The position numbers were made by a program, and so were the translations under genes. This document shows, piece after piece, positions 26,929 through 36,725 of a stretch of 64,000 nt of DNA. Each line of letters begins with the position of its first letter. Positions within the stretch are counted from its first letter, which is position 1. The notes beneath the pieces are model-generated. The model was not told the DNA's origin. It saw nothing but the letters and a program-made list of their open reading frames with translations, and did no database searches. Source of the stretch: Gemmatimonadales bacterium (GTDB lineage Bacteria; Gemmatimonadota; Gemmatimonadetes; Gemmatimonadales; GWC2-71-9); assembly GCA_035517615.1 (NCBI GenBank), contig DATIYM010000007.1:36608-100607 (forward strand), given 5' to 3'.

Positions 26929-28043
26929 GGCTCCTCGAGCTCGATCGCCTGCTCGCCGTCGCCCGCAAGGAGTGGCGCCAGCTGCGCCGTGACGTGCGCA
27001 GCCTGCTGCTCGCGTTCGGGGTCCCGTTACAGCTGCTCCTGTTGTTCGGTTACGCGATCAGCTGGGACGTGCGTGACATCCCCACGGCGGTGTTGGACCA
27101 GGACGGCACCGCGGCGAGCCGCAGTCTGATCGATGCGTTCCGAAGCGCGGGGTACTTCCATGTCGTCCGCTGGCTGTCGACGCCGGCGGACGCCGGAGCG
27201 GTCCTCGCCCGGGGGCGTGCCAGCGTCGTGCTGGTCATTCCCGAGCGCTTCCAGGCGTCGCTCCAGGCCGGACGTCCCCCCGGGCTACAGCTCTTGCTCG
27301 ATGGCAGTGACGCGAACACCGCCACCGTGTCGCTCGGATATGCCAACGCCATCGTGACGAGCTGGTCGCCCGAGCCGCGGATCCGCGTGGCCGTGACGGG
27401 GGTGGATCCACAGGCGCGGGTGTGGTACAACGAGGACCTCGAGAGCCGCAAAGTTCTCGTGCCGGGGCTCGTGGCCACGATCATGATGATGATCGGCTCG
27501 CTGCTCACGGCCATGACCATCGCGCGCGAATGGGAGCGCGGCTCGATGGAGCAGCTGGCGGCCACGCCGATCCGGCCCCGAGAAATCGTGCTCGGCAAGC
27601 TGCTTCCCTACATCGGTATCGGCATGGCGGACGTTGCGTTCACGATCGCGCTCGGAGCCATCCTGTTTCGCGTGCCGTTCCGCGGCAACCCCGCGGTGCT
27701 GTTCGCGGCGGCGCTCCTGTTTCTCGTCGGTATGTGCGGCGTGGGCATCACGATCAGCGCGATCGCGAAATCGCAGCGGCTGGCGGTGCAGCTCAGCATG
27801 CTGCTTACGTATCTGCCGGGAATGATTCTCTCGGGCGCCATGTTCGACATCTCCACCATGCCCCGGGTGCTCCAGGCCGTAAGCTGGGCCGTGCCGGCCC
27901 GATACTTCGTCGTCATCCTCCGCGGCGTCCTGCTCAAGGGAGTGAGCCTCGCCGATCTGTGGGTACCGCTCCTTGCTCAGGTGGTGTTCGCGGTGCTCGC
28001 GCTGACGCTGGCGCTGCACGCGTTTCGGAAGGAGCTGGCGTGA
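26925..28043 (+). CDS. ABC-2 type exporter permease (YbhS/YbhR-like)
   Basis: ATGA overlap with the ATPase stop. MRLLELDRLLAVARKEWRQLRRD N-terminus. The track ORF start at 26511 is an artefact. Confidence 0.82.
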   Translation: MRLLELDRLLAVARKEWRQLRRDVRSLLLAFGVPLQLLLLFGYAISWDVRDIPTAVLDQDGTAASRSLIDAFRSAGYFHVVRWLSTPADAGAVLARGRASVVLVIPERFQASLQAGRPPGLQLLLDGSDANTATVSLGYANAIVTSWSPEPRIRVAVTGVDPQARVWYNEDLESRKVLVPGLVATIMMMIGSLLTAMTIAREWERGSMEQLAATPIRPREIVLGKLLPYIGIGMADVAFTIALGAILFRVPFRGNPAVLFAAALLFLVGMCGVGITISAIAKSQRLAVQLSMLLTYLPGMILSGAMFDISTMPRVLQAVSWAVPARYFVVILRGVLLKGVSLADLWVPLLAQVVFAVLALTLALHAFRKELA

Positions 28044-29167
28044 TGTCGCGCGCGTCGCTGCGCCGGCTTTGGCAGATGATCCGCAAGGAGTTCCGCCAGC
28101 TGCGGCGCGACCCGCGTGTGCTCACCATGATGTTGATCTCGCCCCTGCTGCAACTCCTGGTCTACGGCTACGCCGTGACCACCGACGTCCGGAACGTCCG
28201 GACGATCGTGCTCGATCGGGATGGGACGCAAGTCTCACGCGTCGTCACGGACGCGTTGACGGCTTCGGGGTACTTCGAGTTGACTGGATACGCCTCCCGG
28301 CCCCGCGACCTCGTCCGCGCTCTGGACCGCGGCACCGCGCTGATCGCGATCGATATTCCCCGAGGCTTCGCGCAAGCGCTCGCCGACGGCTCGCGGGCGC
28401 CGATCCAGGTGCTCGTGGATGGAACCAACGCGAACACCGCCAACGTCGCGAGTGGCTACGTGGCGCTGATCGCCCGGCACGCCGCTGCTCAATGGACCCC
28501 GCCGGCGGCGAGCCAACCCGCGACCGCCCCCGTGGCGTTCGAGCCGCGGGTGTGGTACAACCCCGGCCTCGAGGCACGGATCTGGTACGTTCCCGGCACC
28601 GCGGGAGTCATCATCGTGAACCTGTGTCTCATCCTCACCGCGCTCGCCGTCGTCCGGGAGCGGGAGGAAGGGACACTCGAGCAGCTCCTGGTCACGCCGA
28701 TCCAACCGCTCGAGATCCTGATCGGCAAGACGCTGCCCGTGGCGACCATCGTGTTGTTCGATGTCGCCATGGTCGCAGCCCTGGGGGCGCTGCTGTTCCA
28801 TGTGCCGTTCCGCGGCAGTGTGCTGGCATTCGGACTGTCGAGCGTGCTGTTCGTATTTGCCGGCCTGGGAGCCGGGCTGCTGCTGTCGACGGTGACGCAA
28901 ACGCAACAGCAGGCATCGATGTCGATGGGGCTCGTGATGATGCCCGTCAACATGCTGTCGGGCTTCGTGTTTCCAATTACGAGCATGCCGCGCGTCGTGC
29001 AGTGGCTGACGCTCCTCAATCCGCTGCGTTATGAGATCGACGTGCTGCGGGGTGTGTTCCTGCGCGGGGTGGGGTTCAGCGCACTGTGGCCGCAATTCCT
29101 GATGCTCGCCCTGATGGCCATTGCGCTCCTGCTCATCGCCGCGCGACGGTTCCAACAGACCCTCTGA
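28043..29167 (+). CDS. ABC-2 type exporter permease (second copy)
   Basis: TGATG overlap. MSRASLRRLWQMIRKEFRQLRRD is paralogous to the preceding permease. Confidence 0.82.
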   Translation: MSRASLRRLWQMIRKEFRQLRRDPRVLTMMLISPLLQLLVYGYAVTTDVRNVRTIVLDRDGTQVSRVVTDALTASGYFELTGYASRPRDLVRALDRGTALIAIDIPRGFAQALADGSRAPIQVLVDGTNANTANVASGYVALIARHAAAQWTPPAASQPATAPVAFEPRVWYNPGLEARIWYVPGTAGVIIVNLCLILTALAVVREREEGTLEQLLVTPIQPLEILIGKTLPVATIVLFDVAMVAALGALLFHVPFRGSVLAFGLSSVLFVFAGLGAGLLLSTVTQTQQQASMSMGLVMMPVNMLSGFVFPITSMPRVVQWLTLLNPLRYEIDVLRGVFLRGVGFSALWPQFLMLALMAIALLLIAARRFQQTL

Positions 29168-29204
29168 AAGAGCGCTCGTGACAGCGGACGGTCGGCGTCC
29201 TCCG

Positions 29205-29840
29205 ATGCCCGAAGACGGCTCGAGACACATTGTGCGGTCACTCGCCTGGGATCTGGCGCTGAACGCCACGATTCCAGTTGCGTGTTACGTGCTCGCGAAG
29301 CGCTACATCTCGTCTTCGGAAATGACGGCGCTGCTTTTCGCGACCGCGTTCCCCACGCTCAAGAGTATCTACGACCTGCTGCGCCATCATGAGGCCGATC
29401 CAGTCACGGTGTTGGTGTTGCTCGGCATTGTGACCAGCATCGTCGCGCTCTGGTTCGGAGGCGGTGCCCGGGTGCTCTTGATCCGGGAATCGTTCTTCAC
29501 CGGTGCATTTGGTATCGCGTGTCTCGTCTCACTCCTCTTCCCGCGGCCGATCATGTTTTATTTCGGACGCCATTTCATCGCGGGCCGCGATCCGGAACAA
29601 CGAAGAATTTTCGAAAGTCGGTGGCAATACCCCAGCGCCCGCCGAGCTCACCGGCTGGTAACGGCCGTGTGGGGAGTAGTGTACGTGGGCGAGTTTGGTC
29701 TGCGCGTGGCGCTGGCGTTTACGCTGCCAACGGCGATCGCTCTCATTCTGGCACCCACGCTGCTCGGTGTTGCGACCATCGCGACGATCATCTGGACGTT
29801 TCGCTACGCGCGAAACGTGCGCGCTGGCATACCAGCGTGA
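29205..29840 (+). CDS. Conserved polytopic membrane protein, unknown function (paralog of 40317..41051)
   Basis: RSLAWDLALNATIPVACYV...LLIRESFFTGAFG...PRPIMFYFGRHF...RLVTAVWGVVYVGEF aligns along its length with the minus-strand paralog. An in-frame GTG at 29178 is an alternative start. Confidence 0.6.
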   Translation: MPEDGSRHIVRSLAWDLALNATIPVACYVLAKRYISSSEMTALLFATAFPTLKSIYDLLRHHEADPVTVLVLLGIVTSIVALWFGGGARVLLIRESFFTGAFGIACLVSLLFPRPIMFYFGRHFIAGRDPEQRRIFESRWQYPSARRAHRLVTAVWGVVYVGEFGLRVALAFTLPTAIALILAPTLLGVATIATIIWTFRYARNVRAGIPA

Positions 29841-29863
29841 TGTCTTGAAGCGAGGGAAAATCG

Positions 29864-30694
29864 ATGAACACAATACTGCTGGCCGCGCACGGCGGCGAGA
29901 GTGCCGAAGGGGCGGTTCGCGTCGCCGCCAAGCTCGCGGATCGACTCAAGACGAAGCTCAACGTGCTCTGCGTCCTCGAGCCGCTCCCGGTTGTGGACTA
30001 CGGCTATTTGGCGACGGTCCCGCCAACCCAGGAGCAGTACGACATGCTATCGGAAGCACTGCGTGGCGCAGTGACCAACCAGTTCCGCCGCTGCGGACAA
30101 GCCGAGTGCGCCCCACTCGTCGAGATCGGGTTTGCAGCGCCGGAAATTGCCCGTGCGGCACGAGAGCAGGGTGCGGCGTTGACCGTCATGGGCCTCGGTC
30201 CCCACCATGCACTCGATCGGGCACTCGGTGGCGAGACGGCGCTGCAGCTGGTGCAGATCGCGAGCACTCCGGTGCTCGCGCTTCCGGGCACCGTGGCCGA
30301 CATCCCACGACGGGTGATGGCCGCGATCGATTTCACGCCAACGAGCATTCGTGCCGCCCGCGTGCCGCTTCTGTGGTTGGGGGCCGGTGACGTACTACAG
30401 CTCGTCCACGTCAGTGCCGCTGAAGCGTCCGGCTCGGACGCTCGACTGGAAAAACTCAAAGCCGAGATGGCGGCGGAAACGCGAGCAACCATCGAAACCC
30501 ACGAGCTGCGGGGAGAGGCTGCGCGCGCGCTGCTCGAGCATGCGGCCGCGTCCCGCAGCGATTTGATTACCGCGGGTACGCACGGCTACGGCATCTGGAA
30601 GCGCCTGACCCTGGGAAGCGTCGCTTCGAAACTGGTTCGTCTTTCGCCCGTGGGCGTATTGATCGCCCCGCTCGGTTCGGTGTCCCAGGCCTGA
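29864..30694 (+). CDS. Tandem universal stress protein (2 x UspA domains)
   Basis: 276 aa with two Usp domains. The C-terminal ATP-binding motif is GTHGYGIWKRLTLGSVASKLV. Confidence 0.85.
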   Translation: MNTILLAAHGGESAEGAVRVAAKLADRLKTKLNVLCVLEPLPVVDYGYLATVPPTQEQYDMLSEALRGAVTNQFRRCGQAECAPLVEIGFAAPEIARAAREQGAALTVMGLGPHHALDRALGGETALQLVQIASTPVLALPGTVADIPRRVMAAIDFTPTSIRAARVPLLWLGAGDVLQLVHVSAAEASGSDARLEKLKAEMAAETRATIETHELRGEAARALLEHAAASRSDLITAGTHGYGIWKRLTLGSVASKLVRLSPVGVLIAPLGSVSQA

Positions 30695-30700
30695 CTGCTG

Positions 30701-31489
30701 CTATTCGGGCCAGCGCAGCAGCGCGGCGAGTCCATCGATCTCGGCCGTCATATTGGGATCGTGCACCACGACCACCGCCGCACCCTGAGCCAGCGCATCG
30801 CCCACGGCGGCGCGGACCAGATCCCCAACCGGAAGCGCGAGCCCTTCCTCCTCGCATTCCGAGCGTGCCAGCGCGAGCCGGCGGGAACGCGTGCAGCGAA
30901 ATCCGGAGAGGCGCGTGCCATCCGCGACCAGCAGCGTCCGAACCTGTCCGTGCCAGAGCGCATGCGTGGTTTCGCGGACCCCGTTCGTGGAGCGTCCCGT
31001 TCCCAACCCGTGCCGCATCGCGGCCACGAGCGCGCGTTCCGTCGCCGGACGCTGCCTAATTCGCGCGGCGTCGACCGCGCTGCGAACGATACTCGGGGTG
31101 ACCGTGGTCGGATTCAGGCGCACGGCGCCGATCAGCCGGTTCGCGAGTGGAGCGGGAAGCGCGCGTACCAGCGCCGACACGGCGGTCTTGGGACCCGCCA
31201 CGAGCAGCGGCTGGTGCGACCGCCGCTCGATCTGCTCGATCCGGCCCAGCACGTTACGGAGATGCCGGCGCTCCTCTTCGTCCACTCGGCCGTGGTACTC
31301 TTGTTCGCCCCAACCGGGTCCACCCTGCCGGTCGCTGTGGAAACGGCCGCCCCGCATGGCGGGAGAATCGAGGCAGGGTAGCTCGGTCGCCTCCCGCTCG
31401 TTGACCTCGAAGAACCGGGCGTGGGCGCGATCGAGAACAATGGCGAGTACCCGCTCGCTCGCTGCATTCGTCGCGGTCGTCATGGTCAC
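30701..31489 (-). CDS. eRF1/Pelota-like protein (bacterial aeRF1 / host-attachment-type)
   Basis: N-terminal [16 protein letters not shown] and [18 protein letters not shown] (host-attachment-like). The C-terminal half has [11 protein letters not shown]...AAVVVVHDP...[10 protein letters not shown], resembling eRF1 domain 3. The start overlaps the groEL stop (GTG 31489 or ATG 31483). Confidence 0.55.
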   Translation of the reverse strand: MTMTTATNAASERVLAIVLDRAHARFFEVNEREATELPCLDSPAMRGGRFHSDRQGGPGWGEQEYHGRVDEEERRHLRNVLGRIEQIERRSHQPLLVAGPKTAVSALVRALPAPLANRLIGAVRLNPTTVTPSIVRSAVDAARIRQRPATERALVAAMRHGLGTGRSTNGVRETTHALWHGQVRTLLVADGTRLSGFRCTRSRRLALARSECEEEGLALPVGDLVRAAVGDALAQGAAVVVVHDPNMTAEIDGLAALLRWPE

Positions 31490-33108
31490 ATCTCCTCTCC
31501 GGCCCCAACGGGCGCCGGTAGCTTCGGTTCGGGAATCTCGGTGAGCGTCGCTTCCGTCAGGAGCAGGATGCTCGCGACGGACACCGCATTTTCGAGAGCA
31601 ATGCGAACTACCTTGGTTGGATCGATGATGCCCGCGTCGAGAAGATTGACGTACGTCCCACGCGCCGCATCGAAGCCAAAGTCGCCCGTGCCCGCGCGCA
31701 TGCGATCGACGACCACCCCGCCATCCACGGCCGAATTCTCCGCGATCTGCCGCGTGGGGATCTCGAGCGCATGCCGGAGGATCAGCATGCCGGTGCGCTC
31801 GTCCCCAGCGGCCTTCTCGGCCTCGCGCTCGAGCGGTTCGATCGCCCGGAGCAGGGAGAGCCCGCCTCCCGGCACGATGCCCTCGGCAATGGCGGCCTTG
31901 GTGGCGCTGATGGCGTCATCGAAGGCTTCCTTCCGGCTCTTGAGCTCCGTCTCCGACGGCGCCCCTACGCGGATCACCGCCACTCCACCGGCCAGCTTGG
32001 CCAGACGTTCCTCGAGCTTTTCCCGATCGTAGTCAGAGGTAGCGTCCTTGATCTGTTTACGCAGCTCGTCACAGCGGCCGGTGATGACGGGTTTCGCCCC
32101 AACGCCCCCGATGATCGTCGTATCCTCTCGGTCGGAGACCACGCGCTCGGCCTGGCCCAGGTCGGCGAGTGAAACGTGCTCGAGCTTGACGCCGATCTCT
32201 TCGGCGATGAGCCGTCCGCCGGTGAGAATCGCCATGTCCTCGAGCATGGCTTTGCGGCGATCGCCAAATCCGGGGGCCTTCACGGCGATACAACCGAGGG
32301 TGCCGCGGATCTTGTTCACGACCAGCGTGGCGAGGGCTTCCCCCTCCACGTCCTCGGCGACAACCAGGAGTCCGCGGCCTTCCTTGGCGACCTGCTCGAG
32401 CAGCGGGAGCAGATCCTTGAGGTTCGTGATGCGTTTCTCGTACAGCAACAGATACGGGTGCTCGAGCGCCGCCTCCATTTTCGTGGGATCCGTCACGAAG
32501 TAGGGCGAGAGATAGCCGCGGTCGAATTGCATCCCCTTGACGACTTCGAGCGCCGTTTCGGTGCCCTTGGCCTCTTCGACGGTAATCGCGCCTTCAGGGC
32601 CCACTTTCTCCACCGCGTCGGCGACCAGCTCGCCGATGGCGGGATCGTTGTGAGCGGAAATAGCCGCGACCTGAGCCTTCTCACGCCGAGTCTTGACCGG
32701 CTGTGAGAGCTGTTTGATCGAATCGACAGTGAGATGTAGGGCGCGATCGAGCCCGCGTTTCAAATCGATGGCGCTCGCACCAGCCGCGACGTTCTTGAGC
32801 CCTTCCGCGAAGATCGCATGGGCCAACAGCGTGGCGGTCGTGGTTCCATCGCCCACGGCGTCCCCGGTTCGAGAAGCGGCCTCGCGGAGCACCTGCGCGC
32901 CGAGGTTCTCCTCCGGGTCCTTCAAGTCGACCTCTTTGGCGATGGTGACTCCGTCGTTGCAGACAAGGGGCGTGCCCCACTTCTTTTCGATCAGCACGCA
33001 CTTCGATTTCGGGCCCAGGGTCACGCGCACGGCGTCGGCCAAGGTGGTGGCCCCGCGCAGGACTTTTTCCCGCGCCGCGGCCTCGAAGGTCAACTGTTTG
33101 TGTGCCAT
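31486..33108 (-). CDS. groEL: Chaperonin GroEL (divergent paralog, no adjacent groES)
   Basis: 540 aa. [28 protein letters not shown]. The C-terminus is ...[10 protein letters not shown] rather than a GGM repeat. Confidence 0.92.
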   Translation of the reverse strand: MAHKQLTFEAAAREKVLRGATTLADAVRVTLGPKSKCVLIEKKWGTPLVCNDGVTIAKEVDLKDPEENLGAQVLREAASRTGDAVGDGTTTATLLAHAIFAEGLKNVAAGASAIDLKRGLDRALHLTVDSIKQLSQPVKTRREKAQVAAISAHNDPAIGELVADAVEKVGPEGAITVEEAKGTETALEVVKGMQFDRGYLSPYFVTDPTKMEAALEHPYLLLYEKRITNLKDLLPLLEQVAKEGRGLLVVAEDVEGEALATLVVNKIRGTLGCIAVKAPGFGDRRKAMLEDMAILTGGRLIAEEIGVKLEHVSLADLGQAERVVSDREDTTIIGGVGAKPVITGRCDELRKQIKDATSDYDREKLEERLAKLAGGVAVIRVGAPSETELKSRKEAFDDAISATKAAIAEGIVPGGGLSLLRAIEPLEREAEKAAGDERTGMLILRHALEIPTRQIAENSAVDGGVVVDRMRAGTGDFGFDAARGTYVNLLDAGIIDPTKVVRIALENAVSVASILLLTEATLTEIPEPKLPAPVGAGEEM

Positions 33109-33117
33109 GCGCTCTCC

Positions 33118-33675
33118 TTAGCCCTGCGTCTTTGCCGATTGGCGGGCGGCGAGCCGGACGCTCGAGGCCTGCGGGCCCAGGTCCCCCGGCTCTTCGTGGA
33201 AGTGGACGAGACTGCCGACGTCCAGACGGCCAAATGCGTCATCCAGCACGCTGTGCGCGTCGAAGTAGATGTCACGGCCGTCCGCCGATTCGAGAAATCC
33301 GTAGCCACTGAGCGGGTAGTATTGCGTCACCGTTCCGACCGGCTCGTGCTCGTGCTGTTTCACGGCACCGCGCTGCACGCGGGCGAAGTCCTCGAGACGC
33401 CGCCGCGCGGCGTGGAATGCCTCGTCGAGCGCCGTCCGCAGCTCGTTGGCAGGTTGGCGATTGACGACGACTTCCCCTCCCGGCAACCCCAGATCGAGGC
33501 GCACCTGGTATTGATCGCTATCGCTCAGATGCCTGCGTCGTGGGATCTCGATCGTAACGCCGCAGCTCGTGATACGGCCGTATGCATGATTCAGCCGCTC
33601 GATGCGTTCGCGGACGTCTCGCTCGATTTCCGGAGTGAGGGAGATGGATTTGGCCACAATGCGGGGCGGCAACAT
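33118..33675 (-). CDS. Ribosome hibernation factor (HPF/RaiA, S30AE) fused to a cold-shock domain
   Basis: GGAGG RBS 5 nt before ATG (cat at 33673-33675). The N-terminal half, ISLTPEIERDVRERIERLNHAYGRITSCGVTIE...YQVRLDLGLPGGEVVV...ALDEAFHAARRRLEDF, fits the S30AE fold. The C-terminal half, GTVTQYYPLSGYGFLESADGRDIYFDAHSV...GPQASSVR, fits a CSD. The track start at 33840 is an upstream extension. Confidence 0.7.
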   Translation of the reverse strand: MLPPRIVAKSISLTPEIERDVRERIERLNHAYGRITSCGVTIEIPRRRHLSDSDQYQVRLDLGLPGGEVVVNRQPANELRTALDEAFHAARRRLEDFARVQRGAVKQHEHEPVGTVTQYYPLSGYGFLESADGRDIYFDAHSVLDDAFGRLDVGSLVHFHEEPGDLGPQASSVRLAARQSAKTQG

Positions 33676-33826
33676 GGAACCTCCGTAATTGGATTCCCCG
33701 GTAACCTGCCCCACGAGCCATGAAGAATCGCTGAGATCGCCTGCAAGCTTCTCTCGCATCGCCTTCACCGTCCCCTCACGGGGCCGATGCCAGCATTCGA
33801 AAGTCTCATTCACCCGGAGGATTCGT

Positions 33827-34507
33827 ATGGCAATCGACATCGAGCCACAGGCCGACGCTCTGGAACGCGAGGTCTACAAGGAGCTCGTGTGGGAGCCCTC
33901 GGTGGACGCATTGAACGTCGACGTGATGGGGCGCCCAAATGGCGTGATCGTGCTGACGGGAGTGGTCCGGAACTACGCCGAGAAGGTGACGGCCGAACGG
34001 GCGGCGCGGCGCGTCAAAGGCGTGCAATCGGTGGTGAACGAACTCGATGTGCGCCTCGCGAGCTCACACGAGCGGAGCGACGTGGATTTGGCGGACGCCG
34101 TCGTGCAAGCGCTCGAGTGGGACGTGCTCGTTCCCCCGAGGCGGATTCAGGCGCGCGTCGCGGACGGCTGCGTGCGTCTCGAGGGGCAGGTCGATTGGAA
34201 CTACCAGCGCGAGGCGGCCGCAGAAGCGGTGCACCGCCTGGCCGGCGTCAAAGGCGTGACCAATCTGATCAAGGTCTCGTCTCAGCTGACCGTTCCCAAC
34301 GTCAAGGCGCTCATCGAGGCCGCGCTGCGGCGCTCCGCCGAGCTGGACGCCCAGGCGATCGACGTCGACGTTCAGGGACGGGTCGTGATGCTTCGCGGCA
34401 GGGTGCAGTCGTGGGCGGAGCGTGACGCAGCGGAGACGGCAGCCTGGTCGGCCCCCGGGGTCACGGGCGTGCTGGACGAGATCGAAGTCGCGCCGGCCGA
34501 GGCGTAA
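33827..34507 (+). CDS. BON-domain protein (multiple BON repeats, OsmY-like)
   Basis: GGAGG RBS before ATG 33827. Repeated pattern V.V..G.V.L.G.V.....K..AE.AA..V.GV..V.NEL.V. Paralog at 54658..55341. Confidence 0.8.
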   Translation: MAIDIEPQADALEREVYKELVWEPSVDALNVDVMGRPNGVIVLTGVVRNYAEKVTAERAARRVKGVQSVVNELDVRLASSHERSDVDLADAVVQALEWDVLVPPRRIQARVADGCVRLEGQVDWNYQREAAAEAVHRLAGVKGVTNLIKVSSQLTVPNVKALIEAALRRSAELDAQAIDVDVQGRVVMLRGRVQSWAERDAAETAAWSAPGVTGVLDEIEVAPAEA

Positions 34508-35817
34508 TGACGCACGCTGCACCGGTGGAGACGTGGGCTCGACCCGCCATGGCGCCGGTGCAGTCGCCCCCCGGGTCGATCGTCCGGAAGACGGGCATCC
34601 GACTGGCTTGGCGGGAAACGTTTGGCGTCGCGTTCGAATCGTTGCGCACCAACGCGCTCCGCTCCCTGCTCACGATGCTCGGGATTATCATCGGGGTAGG
34701 GGCCGTGATCACAATGGTTGCCCTCGGCTCGGGCGCTCAGCGCGCCATTCAAGCCCGCATTCAGGCACTCGGCCCCACGCTGCTGACGGTGTACCCGGGC
34801 CAGAGCTTCACTCGCGGCGTCGCGAGCGGCACGCGCGTGAGTCTCACGCTCGACGACGATACCGCGCTCGCGAGCCACCCTCGGTTGATGAGCGCGGTCG
34901 TGCCCGAACTGGTGCGGAATCTGCAGATCCAGCAAGGCGACCAGAATATCAACGTGAATGTCGTGGGAACGACGGCCAATTATGCTCGGGTCCACGAGTA
35001 CACCGTCACCGCCGGCCGCATGTTCACAACCGGTGATGACGCGGCGCGACGGCGCATCGCGGTGCTCGGGGCGTCCATTCCCGCGATGGTCAACTCCGAT
35101 CGGCAGGCCATCGTCGGAACGCAGATCCTTGTTCGGGGAATTCCGTTCGAAGTGGTCGGCGTGCTGTCGGAGAAGGGTTCCCAGGGCTCGTTCACGAACC
35201 CCGACGAGCAGATTCTCGTCCCGCTTGCTACCGCCCGCTATCGCGTGCTCGGCACCGACCGGCTGCGCAGCATCACGGTCCAGGCGGCGAACATAGATTC
35301 CATGAATCTCACGATGATCGAGATCGAACGCGTACTCAGGCGACAGCATCATATCCGCCCCGGTGAGGACAACGACTTTCAGATCCTCAGCCCGACGTCG
35401 ATCCTGAGCACGTTTCAGGAGACCGCCGAGACATTCTCCGCGCTGCTCGCGAGCATTGCCGCCATCAGTCTGCTGGTGGGCGGCATCGGGATCATGAACA
35501 TCATGCTCGTGTCCGTGACCGAGCGGACCCGCGAAATCGGGTTGCGCAAAGCCGCCGGCGCCAGGTCGGTCGACATTCTGCTGCAGTTCCTGGTGGAAGC
35601 GCTGGTGCTGGCGCTCTCAGGGGGAGCGATCGGAATCACATTCGGGGTGATTGGCGCGCTCGGCGTCTCATCGGTCGCGCACTGGAACACGACGATTGCG
35701 CCGAGCGCGGTCGCGATCGCGTTTGGCTTCAGCGCCGCGGTTGGCCTGTTCTTCGGGATCTGGCCCGCCCGCCGGGCCGCGCGACTCGATCCGATCGAGG
35801 CACTGCGGTACGAGTAG
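34507..35817 (+). CDS. MacB/FtsX-type ABC transporter permease (no adjacent ATPase)
   Basis: TAATG overlap with the BON gene. N-terminal TM helix, a large extracytoplasmic domain, and the C-terminal FtsX motif GIGIMNIMLVSVTERTREIGLRKAAGA. Confidence 0.85.
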   Translation: MTHAAPVETWARPAMAPVQSPPGSIVRKTGIRLAWRETFGVAFESLRTNALRSLLTMLGIIIGVGAVITMVALGSGAQRAIQARIQALGPTLLTVYPGQSFTRGVASGTRVSLTLDDDTALASHPRLMSAVVPELVRNLQIQQGDQNINVNVVGTTANYARVHEYTVTAGRMFTTGDDAARRRIAVLGASIPAMVNSDRQAIVGTQILVRGIPFEVVGVLSEKGSQGSFTNPDEQILVPLATARYRVLGTDRLRSITVQAANIDSMNLTMIEIERVLRRQHHIRPGEDNDFQILSPTSILSTFQETAETFSALLASIAAISLLVGGIGIMNIMLVSVTERTREIGLRKAAGARSVDILLQFLVEALVLALSGGAIGITFGVIGALGVSSVAHWNTTIAPSAVAIAFGFSAAVGLFFGIWPARRAARLDPIEALRYE

Positions 35818-35836
35818 GCTCGCGCTGCTGAGCTGC

Positions 35837-36685
35837 GTGGCGTTGGTTGGTGCGATCGCGCCGCCCGTGGCCGTGTCCATTCGCCCTGAACGCCCGGAGC
35901 AGGGCTCGCTCGCCGTTATCTCGCTCGCTTCGAGCGACCGATTGCCTGAAGGAGCAGCGGCGGGCGAGCCTCTCCATTTCCATACCGACTCGGCCGGCTA
36001 CTGGGCGATCCTGGGCATTCCGCTGTTTCAGCGCGAGAGTCTGCCCGTGACGATCGAAACCTGGCATGCCGACTTCGACGTCGGCGGCAGCTCCGAGACC
36101 ACACTCGTGTATGTGCCGGTCGTGACGCGTTCCGAGCCAGGCGAGCGGCTGCGCGTGGCGCCGCGTTTCGCGGAGCCGGTGGATTCGGCACTGCTCGAGC
36201 GCGTCGCGCGGGAGCGGGAAATCGCGCGCGAGGCGCGCGCCCGCTCTCAGGACATGCCGCGGTTGTGGACGCATGCCTTTCTCCGACCCGTTGCCGGCAG
36301 GGTCACGAGTCCGTTCGCGGCCCACCGGGCATGGCCGGGGAACGAGGCCGACACCGCGCCGGGCGCATTCCACGATGGCGTCGACCTCGCAGGCGCTGCC
36401 GGAACGCGGGTGCGGGTCGCAAATCGCGGAGTCGTGGTGATCGTCGGAGACTGGTATTACGGCGGCACGGTGATCTTCGTCGACCACGGCGGTGGACTGG
36501 TGACGGCCTATCAGCATCTCAGCCGCGTAGAGGTCGCCGTGGGCGACACGGTGGCACGCGGCCAGGTGATTGGACTCGTCGGGGCGACCGGGCGTGTCAC
36601 GGGCCCTCACTTGCACTGGAGTGCGTCCTACGGGGCCGTGCTGGTAGACCCACTGTCGCTACTCACGCTCGCTATCCCAGACTAA
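35837..36685 (+). CDS. M23 (LytM-type) peptidoglycan endopeptidase; start codon uncertain
   Basis: HDGVDLAG...GGLVTAYQHLS...GATGRVTGPHLHW zinc-peptidase motifs. The signal-like LALLSCVALVGAIAPP lies just after the permease stop, but no ATG/GTG/TTG precedes it in frame, so GTG 35837 is only a placeholder. Confidence 0.75.
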   Translation: MALVGAIAPPVAVSIRPERPEQGSLAVISLASSDRLPEGAAAGEPLHFHTDSAGYWAILGIPLFQRESLPVTIETWHADFDVGGSSETTLVYVPVVTRSEPGERLRVAPRFAEPVDSALLERVAREREIAREARARSQDMPRLWTHAFLRPVAGRVTSPFAAHRAWPGNEADTAPGAFHDGVDLAGAAGTRVRVANRGVVVIVGDWYYGGTVIFVDHGGGLVTAYQHLSRVEVAVGDTVARGQVIGLVGATGRVTGPHLHWSASYGAVLVDPLSLLTLAIPD

Positions 36686-36725
36686 TTGGCTCGCTTCGCG
36701 CAGTTGTGGCCGGGCTCGCGCGCCG

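Noticed and set aside
33770-33785. GTCCCC-tcac-GGGGCC near-palindrome upstream of the first BON gene, reminiscent of DosR-box half-sites (GGGAC/GTCCC)
   Set aside because: The half-site orientation and spacing differ from the mycobacterial DosR box. I could not find the same element by eye upstream of the second BON gene, the USP genes or the hydrogenase operon, so there is no support for a shared operator.
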